A stretch of 64,000 nt of DNA, taken from the NCBI RefSeq assembly GCF_032444005.1, contig NC_091288.1, positions 15,934,001 to 15,998,000 on the forward strand, given 5' to 3'. The notes below the pieces were generated by a model. It made no database searches, had not been told where the DNA came from, and saw only the letters and a list, made by a program, of their open reading frames with translations. Each line of letters opens with the position of its first letter. The stretch's first letter is position 1. This stretch comes from Ranitomeya imitator. Taxonomy: Eukaryota. Of this stretch, positions 46,107 to 64,000 are shown piece after piece. The translations under genes and the position numbers were made by a program.

Positions 46107-46839
46107 ATATACAGGACCCAGGTGAGGAGCCCCTTGTAGGGTCACAATGCTGAGGTCGGGAGTCCGGGACCGCAGTATGGTGCTGCCACATTGCGGCAGA
46201 GTGGAGGTGGATGTGGCCATGTTGACACCTGCCAGGGTGCGCCACCAGCAGTCAGTAAGACGCCAAACATTGGATTTTGTGCTACTTTCTTGCCGCAGTT
46301 CCATGAGGGGCGCGATTCACCCCCTGCACCGTGCTGAGATTTACATAGCGAACATTGCCAGCACGAGCGATGCCGCGGCCACTGTGTAGCCTCAGGGTGG
46401 TCAGAAGTCCGCGCCCTGCAGGCTGGGGTCTAAAACGGTTTATGCCTGTCTTCCATGCCCCCCAGAATGTAACATAGAACGTAAAAAACTAACAGAATGT
46501 ATCTCCGGACGCTGCAGGATCGGATACATTGTGAATGTTTGTTTTTTGTTTTATAAACAGAAAAAGGCGGCAAAACTCACAAAGATTGAGAAATGGAGAA
46601 GCAGCAGCTCCAAACAGCCGCTCACACCCCACCTCCCGATCACAGCCCCTGAAAATCAGCACACCCACTGTGAAAAATCAGCACACCCACTGTGAAAAAT
46701 CAGCACACCCACCGTGCTCCAGGTGCGGAGGGAACATTATTAACCTTTGATTTGCTGACAGTTTCCACCCCACAGGGTAATAATTAACTGTGATAGAACA
46801 GTTCCATCTACAGCACATAGAAGGATCAGCAGTATTCAA

Positions 46840-49800
46840 CCCCTCCCCCATACACATGCACGCTCAGCCATTCCTCCTGACCTCCCCTCCCCCATACACA
46901 TGCACGCTCAGCACAGCTATTCCTCCTGAGCCCCCTCCCCCATACACACGCTCAGCACACAGCTATTCCTCCTGACCTCCCCTCCCCCATACATATGCAC
47001 GCTCAGCACACAGCTATTCCTCCTGAGCCCCCTCCCCCATACACACGCTCAGCGCACAGCTATTCCTCCTGACCCCCCTCCCCCATACACATGCACGCTC
47101 AGCACACAGCTATTCCTCCTGACCCCCCTCCCCCATACACATGCACGCTCAGCACACAGCTATTCCTCCTGACCCCCCTCCCCCATACACATGCACGCTC
47201 AGCACACAGCTATTCCTCCTGACCCCCCTCCCCCATACACATGCACGCTCAGCACACAGCTATTCCTCCTGACCCCCCTCCCCCATACACATGCACGCTC
47301 AGCACACAGCTATTCCTCCTGACCCCCCTCCCCCATACACATGCACGCTCAGCACACAGCTATTCCTCCTGACCCCCTCCCCCATACACATGCACGCTCA
47401 GCACACAGCTATTCCTCCTGCCCCCCCCATACACATGCACGCTCAGCACACAGCTATTCCTCCTGACCCCCCTCCCCCATACACATGCACACTCAGCACA
47501 CAGCTATTCCTCCTGACCCCCCTCCCCCATACACATGCACGCTCAGCACACAGCTATTCCTCCTGACCCCCTCCCCCATACACATGCACGCTCAGCACAC
47601 AGCTATTCCTCCTGCCCCCCCCATACACATGCACGCTCAGCACACAGCTATTCCTCCTGACCCCCCTCCCCCATACACGCTCAGCACACAGCTATTCCTC
47701 CTGACCCCCCTCCCCCATACACATGCACGCTCAGCACACAGCTATTCCTCCTGACCCCCCTCCCCCATACACGCTCAGCACACAGCTATTCCTCCTGACC
47801 CCCCTCCCCCATACACATGCACGCTCAGCACACAGCTATTCCTCCTGCCCCCCCCATACACATGCACGCTCAGCACACAGCTATTCCTCCTGACCCCTCC
47901 CCATACACGCTCAGCACACAGCTATTCCTCCTGAGCCCCCCTCCCCATACACGCTCAGCACACAGCTATTCCTCCTGACCTCCCCCATACACATGCACGC
48001 TCAGCACAGCTATTCCTCCTGACCCCCCTCCCCCATACACATGCACGCTCAGCACACAGCTATTCCTCCTGACCTCCCCCATACACATGCATGTTCAGTA
48101 CACAGCTATTCCTCCTGCCCCCCCCATACACATGCACGCTCAGCACACAGCTATTCCTCCTGACCCCCCTCCCCCATACACATGCACGCTCAGCACAGCT
48201 ATTCCTCCTGAGCCCCCTCCCCCATACACGCTCAGCACACAGCTATTCCTCCTGAGCCCCCTCCCCCATACACGCTCAGCACACAGCTATTCCTCCTAAC
48301 CCCCCCCCCCATACACATGCACACTCAGCTATTCCTCCTGACCCCCCCCCATACACATGCACGCTCAGCACACAGCTATTCCACCTGACCCCCCCCATAC
48401 ACATGCACACTCAGCTATTTCTCCTGACCCCCCCCCATACACGCTCAGCACACAGCTATTCCTCCTGACCTCCCCCATACACATGCATGTTCAGTACACA
48501 GCTATTCCACCTGACCCCCCCCATACACATACACGCTCAGCACACAGCTATTCCACCTGACCCCCCTCCCCCATACACATGCACTCAGCACACAGCTATT
48601 CCTCCTGACCCCCCTCCCCCATACACATGCACACTCAGCACACAGCTATTCCTCCTGACCCCCCTCCCCCATACACATGCACGCTCAGCACACAGCTATT
48701 CCTCCTGACCTCCCCCATACACATGCACGCTCAGCACACAGCTATTCCTCCTGACCCCCCTCCCCCATACACATGCACGCTCAGCACACAGCTATTCCTC
48801 CTGACCCCCCTCCCCCATACACGCTCAGCACAGCTATTCCTCCTGACCCCCCCCATACACATGCACGCTCAGCACAGCTATTCCTCCTGAGCCCCCTCCC
48901 CCATACACATGCACGCTCAGCACACAGCTATTCCTCCTGACCCCCCATACACATGCACGCTCAGCACACAGCTATTCCTCCTGACCCCCCTCCCCCATAC
49001 ACATGCACGCTCAGCACACAGCTATTCCTCCTGACCCCCCTCCCCCATACACATGCACGCTCAGCACACAGCTATTCCTCCTGACCCCCCATACACATGC
49101 ACACTCAGCACACAGCTATTCCTCCTGACCCCCCTCCCCCATACACATGCACGCTCAGCACACAGCTATTCCTCCTGACCTCCCCCATACACATGCACGC
49201 TCAGCACACAGCTATTCCTCCTGACCCCCCTCCCCCATACACATGCACGCTCAGCACACAGCTATTCCTCCTGACCCCCCTCCCCCATACACGCTCAGCA
49301 CAGCTATTCCTCCTGACCCCCCCCATACACATGCACGCTCAGCACAGCTATTCCTCCTGAGCCCCCTCCCCCATACACATGCACGCTCAGCACACAGCTA
49401 TTCCTCCTGACCCCCCATACACATGCACGCTCAGCACACAGCTATTCCTCCTGACCCCCCTCCCCCATACACATGCACGCTCAGCACACAGCTATTCCTC
49501 CTGACCTCCCCTCCCCCATACACATGCACGCTCAGCACACAGCTATTCCTCCTGACCTCCCCTCCCCCATACACATGCACGCTCAGCACACAGCTATTCC
49601 TCCTGACCTCCCCCATACACATGCACGCTCAGCACACAGCTATTCCTCCTGACCTCCCCTCCCCCATACACATGCACGTTCAGCACACAGCTATTCCTCC
49701 TGACCCCCCCCCCATACACATGCACGCTCAGCACACAGCTATTCCTCCTGACCCCCCCCCATACACATGCACGCTCAGCACACAGCTATTCATCCTGACC

Positions 49801-51521
49801 CCCCTCCCCCATACACATGCACGCTCAGCACACAGCTATTCCTCCTGACCTCCCCTCCCCCATACACATGCACGCTCAGCACACAGCTATTCATCCTGAC
49901 CCCCCTCCCCCATACACATGCACGCTCAGCACACAGCTATTCATCCTGACCCCCCTCCCCCATACACATACACGCTCAGCACACAGCTATTCCTCCTGAC
50001 CCCCCTCCCCCATACACATGCACGCTCAGCACACAGCTATTCCTCCTGACCCCCCTCCCCCATACACATGCACGCTCAGCACACAGCTATTCCTCCTGAC
50101 CCCCCTCCCCCATACACATGCACGCTCAGCGCACAGCTATTCCTCCTGACCTCCCCTCCCCCATACACATACACGCTCAGCACACAGCTATTCCTCCTGA
50201 CCCCCCTCCCCCATACACATGCACGCTCAGCACACAGCTATTCCTCCTGACCTCCCCCATACACATGCACGCTCAGCACACAGCTATTCCTCCTGACCTC
50301 CCCTCCCCCATACACATGCACGCTCAGCGCACAGCTATTCCTCCTGCCCCCCCATACACATGCACGCTCAGCGCACAGCTATTCCTCCTGACCTCCCCCA
50401 TACACATGCACGCTCAGCGCACAGCTATTCCTCCTGACCTCCCCTCCCCCATACACATGCACGCTCAGCACACAGCTATTCCTCCTGACCCCCCCCCCCA
50501 TACACATGCACGCTCAGCACACAGCTATTCCTCCTGACCCCCCCCCATACACATGGACGCTCAGCACACAGCTATTCCTCCTGACCTCCCCCATACACAT
50601 GGACGCTCAGCACACAGCTATTCCTCCTGACCTCCCCTCCCCCATACACATGGACGCTCAGCACACAGCTATTCCTCCTGACCTCCCCCATACACATGGA
50701 CGCTCAGCACAGCTATTCCTCCTGACCTCCCCTCCCCCATACACATGCACGCTCAGCACACAGCTATTCCTCCTGACCCCCCTCCCCCATACACATGCAC
50801 GCTCAGCACACAGCTATTCCTCCTGACCCCCCTCCCCCATACACATGCACGCTCAGCACACAGCTATTCCTCCTGACCCCCCCCCCATACACGCTCAGCA
50901 CACAGCTATTCCTCCTGACCCCCTCCCCCATACACATGCACGCTCAGCACACAGCTATTCCTCCTGACCCCCCCCCCATACACATGCACGCTCAGCACAC
51001 AGCTATTCCTCCTGCCCTCCCCCATACACATGCACGCTCAGCACACAGCTATTCCTCCTGACCCCCCCATACACATGCACGCTCAGCACACAGCTATTCC
51101 TCCTGCCCTCCCCCATACACATGCACGCTCAGCACACAGCTATTCCTCCTGACCCCCCTCCCCCATACACATGCACGCTCAGCACACAGCTATTCCTCCT
51201 GACCCCCCCATACACATGCACGCTCAGCACACAGCTATTCCTCCTGCCCTCCCCCATACACATGCACGCTCAGCACACAGCTATTCCTCCTGACCCCCCT
51301 CCCACATACACATGCACGCTCAGCACACAGCTATTCCTCCTGACCCCCCCCCATACACATGCACGCTCAGCATACAGCTATTCCTCCTGACTCCCCTCCC
51401 CCATACACATGCACGCTCAGCACACAGCTATTCCTCCTGACCCCCCCCCCCATACACATGCACGCTCAGCACACAGCTATTCCTCCTGACCCCCCTCCCC
51501 CATACACATGCACGCTCAGCA
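46840..51521. repeat. ~4.7-kb C/A-rich minisatellite, unit about 44-51 bp (CCCCCCTCCCCCATACACATGCACGCTCAGCACACAGCTATTCCTCCTGA)
   Basis: Roughly 95 visible copies with variable C tracts; extreme strand skew. Confidence 0.97.
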
Positions 51522-51529
51522 GAGCAAAC

Positions 51530-52064
51530 AGGTTTCCCTTACACCCGGATATTACCGGCGTGTCCTGATCCGTAGCTCCTCCTTCCCGCCCCCCATCCAC
51601 ACACGCTATGAAGGCTCCGCCCATGGGCGTGCTGCTAAGGCCGCGATTATTAGTATTCCTCGTAGAGGGCGTGTCTGTACGTCACTGCCCCGCCCCTGTT
51701 ATGATCAGTGCGGGGGTTGACGCCGCAGTACTGTACAGCCGCAGGGCGTGTCCTCACGATGTAGCTCCTCCCTCTTCATGTCCGATCCTATAGGAATCTC
51801 AGATTATGATGCAGACTCCGCCTACACCTTCTCTGATTCGCCAGAAGGCGTGCCCTTATCTACAAAGCTCCTCCTTTTCCGCAGTTGTGACTGCACCGAT
51901 GACTCCGCCCCTGGGCGTGTGCTTAGCCCTCCCGGCACCGCCTCCCTACATAAGGCTACTGTCTGCGCAATTGACAGTTCACTTCTCACAGAGATCCGTC
52001 ACCCAGGCTCCGGTGAGAATCTACCACTGCCAAGCTCCCGCCCGACCCCCGCGGACACGACAAC
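51530..52064 (+). promoter_or_regulatory. tuba4a: CpG-rich promoter and 5' UTR of tuba4a
   Basis: Several GC boxes (CTCCGCCC, CCCCGCCCC, GGGCGT); TATA-like TACATAA at 51947-51953; followed by ACAAC ATG|GTGAGC. Confidence 0.65.
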
Positions 52065-63379
<11,315 letters not shown>

Positions 63380-63864
63380 TCTCGAATGTGAAGATCTTCC
63401 GAGACCCCTCTGATATAAAACACAAGTGAATGTAGAGGGAGGCCTCGGTCAGAAGCAAATCCCACAATGTCCTTCATCAGTGATATCCGAGAAGTAGAGG
63501 AAGGAATGTCGGAGGAATGAATGGCAGCCGGCTGCTGACTGGGGGGAGATGATCTCTGGGGTCAGTAAAAGCTGCAGGACAAGTGGTGTGTGAGGGGGGG
63601 ATGTAAAGGAGGTGGAAAAGGGGGTAAATCTGGGTCATGTGCAGCCAGGAACATAATGCTGGAGCCTCAGAAGGGAGACTGTCCTGACTGCACCCTCTGG
63701 CTGGAGGCCTTCACCCGTCTGGACGGATGTCAGATTGTTCAGCACTTTGACGACCATTAGTAATTTTACTAAATTTCATCTTCCAAAATTCAATCAGCCA
63801 TTTTTTTTTTTTTTTTTGCTTCTGGTTGATAAAATGTATCAGTTAAAGCAGAAAATGCTATATA

Positions 63865-64000
63865 GAGATGCTTCTCACAAAATTAGAATATCATCAAAAA
63901 GTGAATTTATTTCAATTCTTCAATACAAATGTGAAACTCATATTATATAGAGTCATTACACACGGAGTAATCTATTCCAAGTGTCTATTTCTGTTAATGT
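63865..64000. mobile_element. Tc1-like terminal repeat running off the window edge
   Basis: TA+GAGATGCTTCTCACAAAATTAGAATATC; same family as 2555-2745. Confidence 0.7.

Noticed and set aside
43700-46400. Possible unannotated gene or pseudogene in non-repetitive intergenic sequence
   Set aside because: All frames I translated by hand have stops or frameshifts and no recognisable motif; a BLASTX/tBLASTn search would settle it.
46790-51568. Pro/His-rich ORFs
   Set aside because: By-products of the C/A-rich minisatellite.

Overview
Repeat-rich vertebrate genomic DNA, most likely an anuran amphibian (inferred from T2/Kolobok-like MITE ends, Penelope, CR1 and sushi-type chromovirus content; the species cannot be determined from this window). 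The only host genes are three intact four-exon alpha-tubulin genes. Two tandem minus-strand genes (A: ATG 10736 to stop 6030; B: ATG 23468 to stop 20296) each encode 452 aa with a tyrosinated tail and differ at only 3 residues. A plus-strand TUBA4A orthologue (ATG 52065 to stop 63249; 448 aa; tail ...[13 protein letters not shown], no terminal Tyr) is head-to-head with them. The rest is transposable elements and tandem arrays: a nearly intact Ty3/Gypsy chromovirus, two related solo LTRs, Penelope, CR1, RTE, L2, Tc1, hAT and Harbinger/T2 MITEs, and about ten minisatellites. The strongest observations are (1) 100-220 bp tracts identical at synonymous sites between TUBA4A and its deeply diverged neighbours, suggesting ongoing gene conversion; (2) a chromovirus family with a self-priming signature and 6-bp target-site duplications at all three insertions; (3) hammerhead-ribozyme-like motifs in Penelope-derived sequence, two of them in insertions within tubulin first introns; (4) repeat-borne CTCF, CLEAR/E-box and X-box motifs. 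I found no CRISPR array, rRNA, tRNA gene or clearly new protein-coding system. All alignments were done by eye.
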